64,000 nt of DNA from Pseudomonadota bacterium (GCA_018242505.1 JAFEBU010000077.1:1953-65952); one strand, 5' to 3'. Shown: positions 27,791 to 38,540, numbered from the stretch's first letter. The notes: a model not told the origin generated them from the letters alone. Made by a program: numbers and translations.

Positions 27791-29262
27791 CGAGACAGCG
27801 CGGCGGAAAGCCCCAGCAGGTTCACGAGATCGGGGCCGGCGATGCTCAGCCGGCGCGCCGCGGCGAGATCGAGCGGCGGATCAGGCTTGGCCTCAATGGT
27901 GAGCGTCCCACCGCGTTCGACGAACCGGGCCACAGTATCGAGTAGCTTCGTCAGATCCTCGGTGATGAGTATGTCCGGCGGCTGGTAGGTTCGGATATCG
28001 CGGGCGATATTGGCGCGCGTGACGGTCGGCGCCTGGTTCGTGGCCATGGCCAGCGCCCGCGCCGAACGCTCGATCAGGCCCTTGTCCACCAGCACCAGCC
28101 GGGCCGAAGCAAGCGCGACCGAGGACCGCGACAAGATTCGCGCATCGCCCTCGTCGATGGCCCGCCAAAAGGTCTCGTCCGCGCCGACGAAAGCGGCGGC
28201 AAGCGACAGCTCTCCCAAGTCGGCAGCGGCAAGCATGCATCGATCGATGGCCAGCTCCCCCTTGCTGCGACGCTCGATGCCGGTGCAATCGACGCCAAGC
28301 TTCAACTCGGAAAGGCCCATGGCCTGCAATATCATCCGCAACCGCGCGCCTTCGGGGTTTTCGCCCGGTCGCAGTACCAGATCGTCGATGCGCAGCCGCG
28401 AATGGCTCGAATCGACGGTCTCGTGCACCGTCTCGAGCGAGACGCCCTCCAGTGTAACGCCACTGCGCGAGAACAAGGTGCCGCCAAAGCCCGACGCGTT
28501 TACCGAGGCGACGGCGATACGAGGGACAGGACGCCCGGGTTCCCAGGAGCTGTCCGCGAGCTGCGCCAGCACGCGCTCCAGGTCGAGGTCTTTTGCCTTT
28601 ATGTCGCCGATGCTGATGGCCGCCTCGTTCGAGCCACGGGGCATCGCATCGAGATCGGCGATAGCGAGGGTAGCGATCCGGCCCCGATCGAAACGGTCGA
28701 CGGACGTGCGGCGCGCGGCGACGGCATCGTCCGTCCCCGCAAGCGTGTAGGAGACGTCCTTTTCCTCGACATGCCGCAGCTTGAGGGCCTTGGCGATTCG
28801 CGCCGCAAGAATGACGTGACGATAAGGGCCGGCCACGTTGGCATCATAGGGCGCCAGATCGAGGCCCTCGGCCGTGAGCGATCCGATGCTCCAGGCCGTG
28901 CCATCCGAAGGGTTGGTGAAGCGGGCATCGACCAGTTCAAGGTGGTCGACCCGCAGGGGATCGCCGAGCTTGAAGTCGGAGAGCGGCGTGCGGCCTTCAA
29001 GCAGGTCGCCGAGCGATTCGGCCAGCCCGCGTGCCTCCCACCGCCGCGCCGTCAGACCGCCGAAGGCGCTTGAGTGAAAATCAGTCAAGGTCACGCGGCG
29101 ATCGAGCAGTCCGACTTCGACCGTTCCGACGGATGCCTGGCCGTCGCGCTCGATCCCGGCCTTGATCTGGCCCGCGGCATAGCGCTCTGCGACCGGGATC
29201 GCTATCGCACCGAGTGCCGCCAACGCTGCGACGACGATGGCGGCGACGACGATCTTCCTCAT
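27787..29262 (-). CDS. Large hypothetical N-anchored periplasmic protein
   Basis: MRKIVVAAIVVAALAALGAIAIP anchor; ATGA overlap with the maiA stop. Confidence 0.7.
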   Translation of the reverse strand: MRKIVVAAIVVAALAALGAIAIPVAERYAAGQIKAGIERDGQASVGTVEVGLLDRRVTLTDFHSSAFGGLTARRWEARGLAESLGDLLEGRTPLSDFKLGDPLRVDHLELVDARFTNPSDGTAWSIGSLTAEGLDLAPYDANVAGPYRHVILAARIAKALKLRHVEEKDVSYTLAGTDDAVAARRTSVDRFDRGRIATLAIADLDAMPRGSNEAAISIGDIKAKDLDLERVLAQLADSSWEPGRPVPRIAVASVNASGFGGTLFSRSGVTLEGVSLETVHETVDSSHSRLRIDDLVLRPGENPEGARLRMILQAMGLSELKLGVDCTGIERRSKGELAIDRCMLAAADLGELSLAAAFVGADETFWRAIDEGDARILSRSSVALASARLVLVDKGLIERSARALAMATNQAPTVTRANIARDIRTYQPPDILITEDLTKLLDTVARFVERGGTLTIEAKPDPPLDLAAARRLSIAGPDLVNLLGLSAALSR

Positions 29263-29903
29263 GTTTCGGCGTCGGGCTGCTTCACAGGCTGAGCGGCATC
29301 GAAGGCCGGCAGCGTCATGCAACGATCGAAGATGCGCTTCAGCGTCGGATATTTCGCCATATCGACCTTGAAGCGGCCGGCATTGAACACCTGCGGCACC
29401 AGGCAAAGATCGGCCATGGACGGCTGATCGCCATGACTGAAAGCACCGGTACCGCGATCGTTCGCCACCGACGCCTCGTAGGCCTCGAAACCCAGCTCGA
29501 TCCAGTGCCGCGACCAGGCGAACGCCGCCTCCTCCGACTGATCGTATTTCTGGCGCAGGTAAGCCATCACCCGCAGGTTCTGGATGGGATGAATATCCGC
29601 AGCCACGATCAGCGCCAGCGCGCGCACTCTGGCGCGCCCAACCGGGTCCTTCGGCAACAGGGGCGGCTCGGGATGCGTTTCCTCGAGATATTCCAGGATC
29701 GCGAGCGACTGGGTCAGCGGCTCGCCCGAATCCAGCACGAGCGTCGGCACCAGCTTCTGCGGATTGAGCGCGGCATAGTCAGGCGTGCTCTGTTCGCCCT
29801 TGCGCAAATGGCGAAAGGCATGGTCGACCGTGATACCCTTGAGATTGAGCGCGATGCGCACGCGAAATGCGGCCGACGAACGAAAATATCCGATGAGCTT
29901 CAT
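29259..29903 (-). CDS. maiA: Maleylacetoacetate isomerase (GST zeta)
   Basis: YFRSSAAFRVRIALNLK, DIHPIQNLRV and LVPQVFNA motifs. Confidence 0.96.
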   Translation of the reverse strand: MKLIGYFRSSAAFRVRIALNLKGITVDHAFRHLRKGEQSTPDYAALNPQKLVPTLVLDSGEPLTQSLAILEYLEETHPEPPLLPKDPVGRARVRALALIVAADIHPIQNLRVMAYLRQKYDQSEEAAFAWSRHWIELGFEAYEASVANDRGTGAFSHGDQPSMADLCLVPQVFNAGRFKVDMAKYPTLKRIFDRCMTLPAFDAAQPVKQPDAET

Positions 29904-29932
29904 GGAGCCTCCCGGCGCGACCCTAGCACGGC

Positions 29933-30925
29933 TCAGCCGGGAGGAGTGTAGCGGACCACCTTATGGTCGATGGCGCCGAAGATCGACCGGCCGGCGCGGT
30001 CGAGCATTTCGATGCGGACATGGTCGCCGAACTTCATGAAGGGCGTGCTTGGCTTGCCGGTGTCGATCGTCTCGCGAACCCGCCGCTCGGCAATACAGGA
30101 GCAGCCGACCGACGGATCGCGGTTGGCAACCGTGCCGGAGCCGATCACCGTCCCAGCCTCGAGATGCCGCGAGCGGGCGGCATGGGCGATCAACTGGCCG
30201 AAGTCGAACGTAAGGTCGGTCGCCGCGTTGGGATGGCCGAATTCCTTGCCGTTGAGGGTCGAGATCAATGGCAGGTCGAGCTTGGCGCCGTCCCAGGCGT
30301 CGCCCAGCTCATCCGGCGTCACCGCCACCGGAGCGAAGGCCGTCGCCGGCTTGCCATGGAAGAAGCCGAACCCTTTGGTCAGCTCCGTCACGATCACGTT
30401 GCGCAGGGAGACATCGTTCAGGATGGTCACGAGCTTGATGTGCTGGCGCGCGTCCGCCGCCGACATCCCCATCGGCACGTCGTCCACGATCACGCCGATC
30501 TCGCCTTCGAAATCGATCCCCCAGGCCTCGTCCTCCAGCTCGATCTGGTCCCTGGGGCCGATGAAGGAATCGGAGCCGCCCTGATACATCAGCGGATCGG
30601 TCCAGAAGGAGGGCGGCATCTCGACACCGCGCGCCTTGCGCACCAACTCGACATGGACGACGTAGGCCGATCCGTCCGCCCACTGATAGGCCCGAGGCAG
30701 CGGAGCGGCGAGCGCCGCCATATCGAGCTCGAACGCGCCCGGCGCCTTGTCATTGCGCAATTGCTCCGACAGTGCGGCGAGCCGGGGCGATACGGCGTCC
30801 CAGTCTTCGATCGCCTTCTGCAGCGTGGGCGCAACGCCTGTCGCACGGACGGCCCTCGTCAGCTCGCGATTGACCACGATCAGCGTACCGTCGCGGCCAC
30901 CTTCCTTCAGTGTTCCAAGCTTCAT
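29933..30925 (-). CDS. Fumarylacetoacetate hydrolase family protein
   Basis: MKLGTLK..GRDG.L, DFEGE, NDVSLR and GSGTVAN motifs; within the homogentisate operon. Confidence 0.92.
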   Translation of the reverse strand: MKLGTLKEGGRDGTLIVVNRELTRAVRATGVAPTLQKAIEDWDAVSPRLAALSEQLRNDKAPGAFELDMAALAAPLPRAYQWADGSAYVVHVELVRKARGVEMPPSFWTDPLMYQGGSDSFIGPRDQIELEDEAWGIDFEGEIGVIVDDVPMGMSAADARQHIKLVTILNDVSLRNVIVTELTKGFGFFHGKPATAFAPVAVTPDELGDAWDGAKLDLPLISTLNGKEFGHPNAATDLTFDFGQLIAHAARSRHLEAGTVIGSGTVANRDPSVGCSCIAERRVRETIDTGKPSTPFMKFGDHVRIEMLDRAGRSIFGAIDHKVVRYTPPG

Positions 30926-30935
30926 CGACCGGACC

Positions 30936-32084
30936 CTACTCCGCCGCCTGCTTCAGTTCGGCCGGACGCCAGGACCCGACATATCCCTCGAATTCGACGC
31001 CGGCCGGCATGGCCGCGATATCGACCGCGTCGCGGGTATCGATCATCACCGCCACCTCGTCGGTCTCGGTCTTGCCGCCCTTGGTTGCAGCCTGGAACGC
31101 CTTGGGATGTGGACCATGGGTGAAGCCCGAGGGGTGGATCGTCATCATGCCGGGATGGATGTTGTCGCGGCTGAAGAAGCTTCCCTTGTGATAGAAGATG
31201 ATCTCGTCGAAGTCGTCGTTGTTGTGGAAGAAAGGCAGCCGCAGCGCTTCGGGATCGCTTTCCAGCGGCCGTGGGACGAAGGTACAGACGACGAACCGGC
31301 CCGCCATGAAGGTGGTATGCGCCGACGGCGGCAGGTGGGCGCGGTGACTCATCAATGGCCGCAGGTCGCGCCAGTTGATGCGCACGACGCTGAGATCACC
31401 GTGCCAACCGACGGCATCCAGGGGATTGAACGGGAAGGTGACCGTCGAGATCGCATTGCGCCGCTTCACCGAGACCGACCAACTCCGCTCGTCCTGCTGC
31501 GCCTTGAAGGCGTCGTCGATATGCGGCGTGTCCAGCATCGCCGGATCGAAGATCGCATGGCGGCCGACCAGGCCCTTCTCCGGCAGCGTGAAATGGTCGT
31601 TCGTGGCCTCGATCATGAGCGAGGTCGTCGGCTTTCCCGGGGCGAGGCGCCACATCGTGCCGCGTGGGATCACGATATAATCGCCGTCCCGATATTCGAG
31701 GTGACCGTAGTCGCAGAACAGGTCGCCCTCACCCTCGTGCACGAACAGGAGCTGGTCCCCGTCGCTGTTGCGCGCCAGCTCTGTCATTGCCTTTTCGATC
31801 TTCCAGATCCGCATCTGCAGATGCGGATTGCCCATGACCAGTTCCGCCTGCCACGGACTCGCCTGGGGCTTCGCGAGCTTGATCATGTCGAGCGCCCGCG
31901 GCCGGATCGGTCCCTCGAAGGCCACCCAGTCGGTCGGCTTGTGCCTGTGGTGGAACTGCGCCGACGGCCCGAAGAAGCCTTCCTTGCTGATCTCGCGCTC
32001 GTAGGTGCCTTCGGGCAGCCGGACATGGGCCTGACGCGATGCCGTGCCTTCGACCTGGCGCAACGGGATCCAGTTCCTGGACAT
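30936..32084 (-). CDS. hmgA: Homogentisate 1,2-dioxygenase (short type)
   Basis: RNSDGDQL, PFFHNNDDFDEIIFYH and HPSGFTHGPHP motifs. Confidence 0.92.
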   Translation of the reverse strand: MSRNWIPLRQVEGTASRQAHVRLPEGTYEREISKEGFFGPSAQFHHRHKPTDWVAFEGPIRPRALDMIKLAKPQASPWQAELVMGNPHLQMRIWKIEKAMTELARNSDGDQLLFVHEGEGDLFCDYGHLEYRDGDYIVIPRGTMWRLAPGKPTTSLMIEATNDHFTLPEKGLVGRHAIFDPAMLDTPHIDDAFKAQQDERSWSVSVKRRNAISTVTFPFNPLDAVGWHGDLSVVRINWRDLRPLMSHRAHLPPSAHTTFMAGRFVVCTFVPRPLESDPEALRLPFFHNNDDFDEIIFYHKGSFFSRDNIHPGMMTIHPSGFTHGPHPKAFQAATKGGKTETDEVAVMIDTRDAVDIAAMPAGVEFEGYVGSWRPAELKQAAE

Positions 32085-32100
32085 GCTTTCCTCCTTGGTC

Positions 32101-33183
32101 TTATGCCTTGAGCACGCCGCGTCGGATCTGGTCGAGCTCGATCGACTCGAACAGGGCGCGGAAGTTGCCTTCGCCGAAGCCCTCGTTGCCGCGACGCTGG
32201 ATGATCTCGAAAAAGATCGGCCCGATCACCGTCTGGGTGAAGATCTGCAGCAGCAGCCCCCCGCCCTCGGTCGGCGCACCGTCGATCAGAATGCGGCCGG
32301 CCGCCAGCCGGCCCAGGTCTTCGCCATGGCCTGGCACACGCTGATCGACCTGTTCATAATAGGTATCGGGAACGGTCTGGAAGGGCACGCCCCTGGCTCT
32401 GAGCGCCTCGACCGTACGGTAGATGTCCCCGGTCCCGAGGGCGATATGCTGAATACCCTCGCCATGATAGGCCGCAAGATATTCCTGGATCTGCGACTTG
32501 TCGTCGGTGCTCTCGTTGATCGGGATGCGGATCTTGCCGCACGGGCTGGTCATCGCCCTCGACTTGAGGCCGGTGAGTTTGCCTTCGATGTCGAAATAGC
32601 GGATCTCGCGGAAATTGAAGAGACGCTCGTAGAACTCTGCCCATTCGTTCAGGCGGCCGCGGTGCACGTTGTGGGTCAGATGGTCGATGTAGGTGATGCC
32701 GACGCCCGCCGGATGCGGCTCGACGCCGGGCAGGAACTCGAAGTCGACGTCGTAAATGCTGCTCTTTTCACCGTAGCGGTCGACCAGATAGATCAGCGAA
32801 TCGCCGATCCCCTTGATGGCGGGGATGTTGAGCTCCATCGGCCCCACCTTGTTCTCGACCCCCCAGGCGCCGAGCGAGAGGGCGCGTTTGTAGGCACGGG
32901 CAGCATCCTTCACCCGGAAAGCGATCGCGCAGACGCTGGGGCCGTGAACGCGGGCAAAGCCCTGGGCGAAGCTTTCCTTCTCGCCATTGACGATGAAATT
33001 CACATCGCCCTGCCGGAACAGCGACACATCCTTCGAGCGATGGCGGGCAACGCGCACGAAGCCCATGCTCTCGAACAGGCTTCCCAGCGCCTCGGGGTCG
33101 GGCGCGGTGTATTCCACGAATTCGAACCCGTCGGTTCCCATCGGGTTGACGGGATCGATCTCGAGCTCGCCGATGCTGGCCAT
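32101..33183 (-). CDS. hppD: 4-hydroxyphenylpyruvate dioxygenase
   Basis: NPMGTDGFEFVE, IDHLTHNV, GIQHIAL and GFGEGNFRALFESIE motifs. Confidence 0.97.
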   Translation of the reverse strand: MASIGELEIDPVNPMGTDGFEFVEYTAPDPEALGSLFESMGFVRVARHRSKDVSLFRQGDVNFIVNGEKESFAQGFARVHGPSVCAIAFRVKDAARAYKRALSLGAWGVENKVGPMELNIPAIKGIGDSLIYLVDRYGEKSSIYDVDFEFLPGVEPHPAGVGITYIDHLTHNVHRGRLNEWAEFYERLFNFREIRYFDIEGKLTGLKSRAMTSPCGKIRIPINESTDDKSQIQEYLAAYHGEGIQHIALGTGDIYRTVEALRARGVPFQTVPDTYYEQVDQRVPGHGEDLGRLAAGRILIDGAPTEGGGLLLQIFTQTVIGPIFFEIIQRRGNEGFGEGNFRALFESIELDQIRRGVLKA

Positions 33184-33216
33184 GTCGTCCTCCCGAATTG
33201 ACCGAACGCATAATTG

Positions 33217-33230
33217 GTTTCATATGTAAC
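33217..33230. promoter_or_regulatory. Putative MarR operator GTTTCATATGTAAC
   Basis: Near-perfect palindrome (one mismatched pair) between the divergent hppD and MarR starts. Confidence 0.65.
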
Positions 33231-33234
33231 TATT

Positions 33235-33696
33235 ATGGCGAACGTTCCGCAAGCCCTCGAACTTGAAAATTTCCTGCCCTACAGGCTCTCCGTCCTGGCG
33301 CAGATCGTGAGCGAATCGCTGCACGATCTTTATGCCGGGCCTTTCCAGTTGACCGTGACGCAGTGGCGGGTGATGGCCGCGCTGGGCCGGTTCGCGCCCC
33401 TCACCGCATCGGATGTGGGGCAGCGCATCGTGATGGACAAGGTCGCGGTCAGCCGGGCGGTCGCAGGCCTCCTGCAGCGCGGACTGGTCGAACGGGCAAC
33501 CGACCGCAGCGACCGGCGGCGCGCCTCGCTGAGGCTGTCGGCGCGCGGCCGCGCCATGCATGCCCGGATCGTGCCCATCGCGCTCGCCTACGAGAAAAGG
33601 CTCTACGATACCCTGACCGGCCATGAGCGACGGCTGTTCGACACACTGGCCCAGCGGCTTCTTGACCATGCCAAGGCCCTGCGAAGCGCCCCCTAA
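33235..33696 (+). CDS. MarR-family regulator of the hppD-hmgA operon
   Basis: [27 protein letters not shown] and DRSDRR motifs. Confidence 0.92.
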   Translation: MANVPQALELENFLPYRLSVLAQIVSESLHDLYAGPFQLTVTQWRVMAALGRFAPLTASDVGQRIVMDKVAVSRAVAGLLQRGLVERATDRSDRRRASLRLSARGRAMHARIVPIALAYEKRLYDTLTGHERRLFDTLAQRLLDHAKALRSAP

Positions 33697-33806
33697 CTGT
33701 CCCCGGCCCGCTTCTTGTGGCCGAGTCTCACCATGCTATAAACCCGCGACTTGTAAGGATGGGGGAGGAAGGTTTGGCCGCCAAGGCCGCCCGACGCTCG
33801 CCGGCG

Positions 33807-34244
33807 GTGAAACCGGTGCTGGTGCTCAATGGGCCCAATCTCAACATGCTGGGCAAGCGGCAGCCGCAGATCTACGGCCGCGAGACCCTGGCGGACGTCG
33901 AGAAGGCGTGCCGGGTCGAGGCCACGCGCCTCGGCCTCGAGATTGAATTCGCTCAGAGCAACCATGAAGGCGTCCTCGTCGATCTCATTCAGGCAGCGCG
34001 CGAAAAGAACAGCGGCATCGTGATCAATGCCGGCGCCTACAGCCACACCTCAGTGGCTCTGCTCGATGCCCTGAATGCCGCCGAGGTGCCCACCATCGAG
34101 GTACACATCTCGAACATCTACAAGCGTGAAAGCTTTCGCCACCGCTCATATATAAGCCCAGCGGCGGTCGGCGTGATCGCCGGCCTCGGCAGCCAGGGCT
34201 ATCTCCTCGCCCTGCAGGCGCTGGCGCGCCTGCTCGGCCGCTGA
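33807..34244 (+). CDS. aroQ: Type II 3-dehydroquinate dehydratase
   Basis: [24 protein letters not shown] and EVHISN motifs. Confidence 0.96.
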   Translation: MKPVLVLNGPNLNMLGKRQPQIYGRETLADVEKACRVEATRLGLEIEFAQSNHEGVLVDLIQAAREKNSGIVINAGAYSHTSVALLDALNAAEVPTIEVHISNIYKRESFRHRSYISPAAVGVIAGLGSQGYLLALQALARLLGR

Positions 34245-34265
34245 CACTTTCCAGGAGCGTTCTTC

Positions 34266-34733
34266 ATGGCCAAGTTCGAGATGGATACCGAGTTCGTCCG
34301 CAAGCTGGCGGAACTCCTGGAGGAGACCCATCTCGGCGAGATCGAACTGGCGGACGGCGAGCGGCGCATCCGCGTCGCCCGCCCCCAGGTGACCATGGCG
34401 GCCACGGCCCCCGTTGCCTTCGCCGCTCCGGCAGCCCTTGCCGCCGCGGGAAGCGCCGGCTCGTCGGCACTTGCCAATGGCGGCGATCTCGACGCCCATC
34501 CCGGGGCAGTGAAATCGCCCATGGTTGGCACCGCCTACCTGGCACCCGAGCCTGGCAAGCCGGCCTTCGTGAATGTCGGCGACAAGATCGCGGCCGGGCA
34601 GACGCTCCTGATCATCGAGGCGATGAAGACGTTCAATCCGATCAAGGCGCCCAAAGCCGGCACGGTGACCCAGATCCTGGTCGAGAATGCCCAGCCGGTG
34701 GAGTTTGGACAGCCGCTGATGATCGTTGAATAA
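34266..34733 (+). CDS. accB: Acetyl-CoA carboxylase biotin carboxyl carrier protein
   Basis: SPMVGT and IEAMK biotinylation motif. Confidence 0.96.
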   Translation: MAKFEMDTEFVRKLAELLEETHLGEIELADGERRIRVARPQVTMAATAPVAFAAPAALAAAGSAGSSALANGGDLDAHPGAVKSPMVGTAYLAPEPGKPAFVNVGDKIAAGQTLLIIEAMKTFNPIKAPKAGTVTQILVENAQPVEFGQPLMIVE

Positions 34734-34748
34734 CGGCCGTCTGTCGCA

Positions 34749-36092
34749 ATGTTCGAGAAGGTCCTGATTGCCAATCGCGGTGAGATCGCGCTCCGCATCC
34801 ACCGTGCTTGCCGCGAGATGGGCATCCAGACCGTCGCAGTGCACTCGACGGCCGACAGCGATGCCATGCATGTGCGGCTGGCCGACCAGTCGGTCTGCAT
34901 TGGCCCTCCCGCCGCCCGCGACAGCTACCTCAATATCCCGGCCATCCTGTCTGCCGCGACGATCACCGATGTCGACGCCATCCATCCAGGTTATGGCTTC
35001 CTGTCGGAGAATGCGCGTTTCGCCGAGGCCGTCGAAGCAAGCGGCTTCACCTTCATCGGTCCGACGCCGCAGCACATCACCATGATGGGCGACAAGATCA
35101 TGGCCAAGCAAACCGCGCAGGAGCTTGGCCTGCCCCTGGTGCCGGGCTCGCCAGGTCCCGTAGGATCGATCGAGGAGATCGTGGCGCTGGGCGAAAAGAT
35201 CGGCTGGCCGGTGCTGATCAAGGCTGTTGCCGGCGGCGGCGGCCGTGGCATGAAGGTGGTCGAAAATGCCGATGCTGCGGCCGAGGCCTATGCGCTCGCG
35301 CGGGCCGAGGCCAAGGCGGCCTTCAACAATGACGCCGTCTATGTGGAAAAGTACCTTGGGCGGCCCCGCCACATCGAGATCCAGGTATTGGGCGACGGCC
35401 GGGGCGAAGGCATCCACCTCGGCGAACGCGATTGCTCCCTGCAGCGTCGCCATCAGAAAATTCTGGAAGAAGCGCCCTCACCCGCACTCAATCCCGAGCA
35501 GCGCAGCCGCATCGGCGAGCTTGCCGCAGCGGCCATTCGCAAGCTGAAGTACCGCGGCGCCGGCACGATGGAGTTCCTGTTCCAGGACGGCGAGTTCTAT
35601 TTTATCGAGATGAATACCCGACTGCAGGTGGAGCATCCCATCACCGAGGCCGTAACCGGCATCGACCTCGTGCGCGAGCAGATCCGGATCGCCGACGGCG
35701 CGCCCCTCGGCTTGAAGCAAAGCGACATCGTCATCCAGGGCCACGCCATCGAATGCCGCATCAATGCGGAGAATCCGGAAACGTTCGCGCCCTGCCCCGG
35801 CCGCGTCGCCGACTACCATCCGCCCGGCGGCCTCGGGGTGCGTGTCGATTCCGGCCTCTATTCGGGTTACATGATACCGCCCTACTACGATTCCATGGTG
35901 GCCAAGCTGATCGTGAGCGGGCAGACGCGCAACGAATGCTTGATGCGGTTGCGCCGTTCGCTGGAGGAATTCGTGATCGGCGGCATCGACACCACCATCC
36001 CGCTGCATCAGCGCATCATCCGCCAGCAGGAATTCATCGACGGCGAATACGACATCCACTGGCTGGAGAAGCTGGTCGGCCTCAAGAAATAG
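34749..36092 (+). CDS. accC: Acetyl-CoA carboxylase biotin carboxylase
   Basis: [26 protein letters not shown] and [10 protein letters not shown] motifs. Confidence 0.97.
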   Translation: MFEKVLIANRGEIALRIHRACREMGIQTVAVHSTADSDAMHVRLADQSVCIGPPAARDSYLNIPAILSAATITDVDAIHPGYGFLSENARFAEAVEASGFTFIGPTPQHITMMGDKIMAKQTAQELGLPLVPGSPGPVGSIEEIVALGEKIGWPVLIKAVAGGGGRGMKVVENADAAAEAYALARAEAKAAFNNDAVYVEKYLGRPRHIEIQVLGDGRGEGIHLGERDCSLQRRHQKILEEAPSPALNPEQRSRIGELAAAAIRKLKYRGAGTMEFLFQDGEFYFIEMNTRLQVEHPITEAVTGIDLVREQIRIADGAPLGLKQSDIVIQGHAIECRINAENPETFAPCPGRVADYHPPGGLGVRVDSGLYSGYMIPPYYDSMVAKLIVSGQTRNECLMRLRRSLEEFVIGGIDTTIPLHQRIIRQQEFIDGEYDIHWLEKLVGLKK

Positions 36093-36099
36093 CCTCGAC

Positions 36100-36750
36100 A
36101 TGCTGGAGATCACGCCAGAGCTCCTGCTGCAGGCCTACCGGATCGGCGTCTTCCCCATGGGCGAGCGCCGCGACGATCCCAAGCTCTATTGGCTCGATCC
36201 GCGGCTGCGCGCGGTGCTGCCGCTCGACGGCTTCCACCTGTCGCGCCGGCTCGCGCGCACCGTCCGTTCCGATCATTTCGGGGTCAGCGCCGACCGGGCC
36301 TTCGTCGACGTCGTGCGCGCGTGCGCCGAACCGCGGCCGGGCCATCCCGAAAGCTGGATCAACGAGCCGATCGTCGATCTCTACAGCGAGCTGCACAGGC
36401 GGGGCCATGCCCACAGCGTGGAGACCTGGCGCGAAGGACGTCTGGTGGGTGGCCTTTACGGCGTCTCCGTCGGCGCCGCCTTCTTCGGCGAAAGCATGTT
36501 CAGCCGCGAACGCGACGCCTCCAAGGTTGCGCTGGTCCATCTTGTCGGCCGGCTGGTCAAGGGCGGTTTCCGGCTGCTCGACTGCCAGTTCATGACCGAG
36601 CATCTGCGCAGCTTCGGCGCGATCGAGATACCGCGTGAGGCGTTCCGCGAACGGCTGGCAGATGCAGTCGGCAGCGAAGCCGTCTTTCAGCGCGACTTGG
36701 ACGGCGAAGACGCCTGTTCCCTGGTACAGGCCAGCACGCGCACGTCGTAG
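36100..36750 (+). CDS. aat: Leucyl/phenylalanyl-tRNA-protein transferase
   Basis: [25 protein letters not shown] and [14 protein letters not shown] motifs. Confidence 0.95.
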   Translation: MLEITPELLLQAYRIGVFPMGERRDDPKLYWLDPRLRAVLPLDGFHLSRRLARTVRSDHFGVSADRAFVDVVRACAEPRPGHPESWINEPIVDLYSELHRRGHAHSVETWREGRLVGGLYGVSVGAAFFGESMFSRERDASKVALVHLVGRLVKGGFRLLDCQFMTEHLRSFGAIEIPREAFRERLADAVGSEAVFQRDLDGEDACSLVQASTRTS

Positions 36751-37169
36751 ACGCCGTCATCGAGAGCGGAAAGCGACGGCGTCGAGGCGAACATCCAGCC
36801 CGCAAACAGCTTCTGCTCCGGCTGGCCGGGTTTGTGGTCCACGATCGTGAGATATGCCGCCGACTCGGGCGGTGCGTCCGGCGTATTGACAAGGCAATCG
36901 CCCACGGTGATGGCGAGCGTGCCGAAGGTCGTCGATTCGCCGACCGGGGCATTGAAGCGGCGGGTGCGCGCGGTCACCTTGTCGAGCCCCTGCAGCTCCG
37001 CCATCGGCTTGCCTGGACCGTCTGGAATCGCGCGCAAGGTCGCGTTGTCGTCGAACGAGGACGGCTGCGCCGCCGATGACTGCGGCGGCGGCGACTGGGC
37101 AACGGCCGTGCCGACAGCGGCCATGCCGACCGCGATGGCGATTGCCGCCCGGGCGGCGCAGGAGATCAC
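36687..37169 (-). CDS. DUF2155 domain protein; start uncertain
   Basis: [31 protein letters not shown] motifs. Confidence 0.85.
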   Translation of the reverse strand: MISCAARAAIAIAVGMAAVGTAVAQSPPPQSSAAQPSSFDDNATLRAIPDGPGKPMAELQGLDKVTARTRRFNAPVGESTTFGTLAITVGDCLVNTPDAPPESAAYLTIVDHKPGQPEQKLFAGWMFASTPSLSALDDGVYDVRVLACTREQASSPSKSR

Positions 37170-37171
37170 CC

Positions 37172-37405
37172 TCAGCCTTTCTCGACGTGGGGGACTGCCA
37201 GCCCGTCGATCAGTTCGTGCAGTGCAGCCTTGATCTGTTCGGCATCGCATCCCATCAGGACTCCGTCCTCCAGCGCGTCGGCACAGAGGGTTTCGATCTC
37301 CTGGATATTCTGATTGAGGACTTTGATCTTTTCGAGGCATGAGACCGGCTTGCCGTCGGATTGCCGCCAGACTTGGGGCGCCTTGGGAAGGCGTGCGTTC
37401 ATCAT
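37172..37405 (-). CDS. Small conserved hypothetical protein
   Basis: W...DG.PVSC.EKIKVLN.N..E pattern; operonic between mlaD and DUF2155. Confidence 0.7.
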   Translation of the reverse strand: MMNARLPKAPQVWRQSDGKPVSCLEKIKVLNQNIQEIETLCADALEDGVLMGCDAEQIKAALHELIDGLAVPHVEKG

Positions 37406-37851
37406 TTTTGTCCTGTTCCACCAAACATGAACTTGGCGATCAACTCTGTCAGGGAAATGGCATCCTGGGTATTGGTGATCTCGCCGCCCGACTTCAGCAT
37501 TTTGGTGTCCGCACCCGGCTCGAGCACCACGACCATGCCGCCCAGCAGGGACTCGCTTATGATCTTGGCGTTGGTATCGTCGGAGAGTTGCAACCTCGAG
37601 GACAAGGCCATGCGGACCACGGCCTGGTAGGTCTTGGTGTCGAGGTCGATGGCAGTGACAGTGCCGACCTTCACCCCGCTCAATGTGACATCCGCCCCGC
37701 GTTTCAGGCCGTCGATGCGGCCGAAGCGTGCAGTGATCTCGTAACCATCAGAACCCGATCGATCCGAATTGGCGAAGGCGTAGAAGACGAAGGCGCCTGC
37801 CACCACCAGCACGATGGCACCCACGATCGTCTCGACGATATTGCGGCCCAC
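37402..37851 (-). CDS. mlaD: Outer membrane lipid asymmetry protein MlaD (MCE)
   Basis: ETIVGAIVL anchor; GLKRGADVTLSGVKVG and SESLLGG motifs. Confidence 0.9.
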   Translation of the reverse strand: MGRNIVETIVGAIVLVVAGAFVFYAFANSDRSGSDGYEITARFGRIDGLKRGADVTLSGVKVGTVTAIDLDTKTYQAVVRMALSSRLQLSDDTNAKIISESLLGGMVVVLEPGADTKMLKSGGEITNTQDAISLTELIAKFMFGGTGQK

Positions 37852-37890
37852 GCGCTACCTCCCACTGTCCTTCCCGATCGCGGCTGGTAT

Positions 37891-38244
37891 TCAGCCGGGA
37901 CGCCACGCCTCGTATGTCGGCTTGGGCTTCTCGCCGCTCGTCAACAACGTGGAGCCTGGCGGCCGATAGGCAAGGCCGGTGCCGCTCAAATTGCGCTCGT
38001 GCTCCTTCTGCCAGGGTTCGCGCGGCAGGCCGTTCGCCGGCGGCGGTGCATTGGTCGTGTGATGCAACCAACCATTCCAATCGGGAGGAACGCGCGAAGC
38101 TTCGGGTTCGCCGTTATAGATCACCCACCGCTTGCGGCGCCGGCCGGGATACATGCGCTTGTCCTGATAGTAGCGATTGCCTTGGCTGTCCGTGCCAACC
38201 AACTCGCCGCGCATCTTGGTGAACAGCCATGTACCGAACGTCAT
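37891..38244 (-). CDS. NADH:ubiquinone oxidoreductase NDUFA12-like protein
   Basis: G.LVG.D..GNRYY, RRKRWVIY, PPDWNGWLHH and YEAWRP motifs. Confidence 0.92.
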   Translation of the reverse strand: MTFGTWLFTKMRGELVGTDSQGNRYYQDKRMYPGRRRKRWVIYNGEPEASRVPPDWNGWLHHTTNAPPPANGLPREPWQKEHERNLSGTGLAYRPPGSTLLTSGEKPKPTYEAWRPG

Positions 38245-38377
38245 CAATCACTCTCTCGAAAAAGCATCGCGCGCTTGTACGCGCGCCTCTCGTGACGCGC
38301 AACGCAGCGCCTGTGCGGATCGTCGAGATCGTTTGTCCTCATACGATTTGCACGTGAATCGGAGCCGTGTTGCGTTC

Positions 38378-38443
38378 TTGCATCATCTAGTGCCATCAAC
38401 ATACTGGTCTACAAAATATAGTTGCGCACACAAGATTTTGTAA
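38378..38443. promoter_or_regulatory. Putative NrdR boxes upstream of nrdJ
   Basis: Matches to the core CWANATMTWG: CATCATCTAG (38381, 1 mismatch), CAAAATATAG (38412, perfect, 31 bp from the first) and CAAGATTTTG (38431, 1 mismatch). Confidence 0.65.
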
Positions 38444-38540
38444 TTTAGTATCATCGTGTGCCTATATCTGCGTGCTCTGAAACTGAGAGAGCACACCCGC
38501 GATGGGACACGAGACGGGACGTTGGCACGGGGGATCGTTG

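Noticed and set aside
38248-38540. Cobalamin riboswitch upstream of nrdJ
   Set aside because: No B12-box or GGGAA/GCCACTG conserved elements seen.
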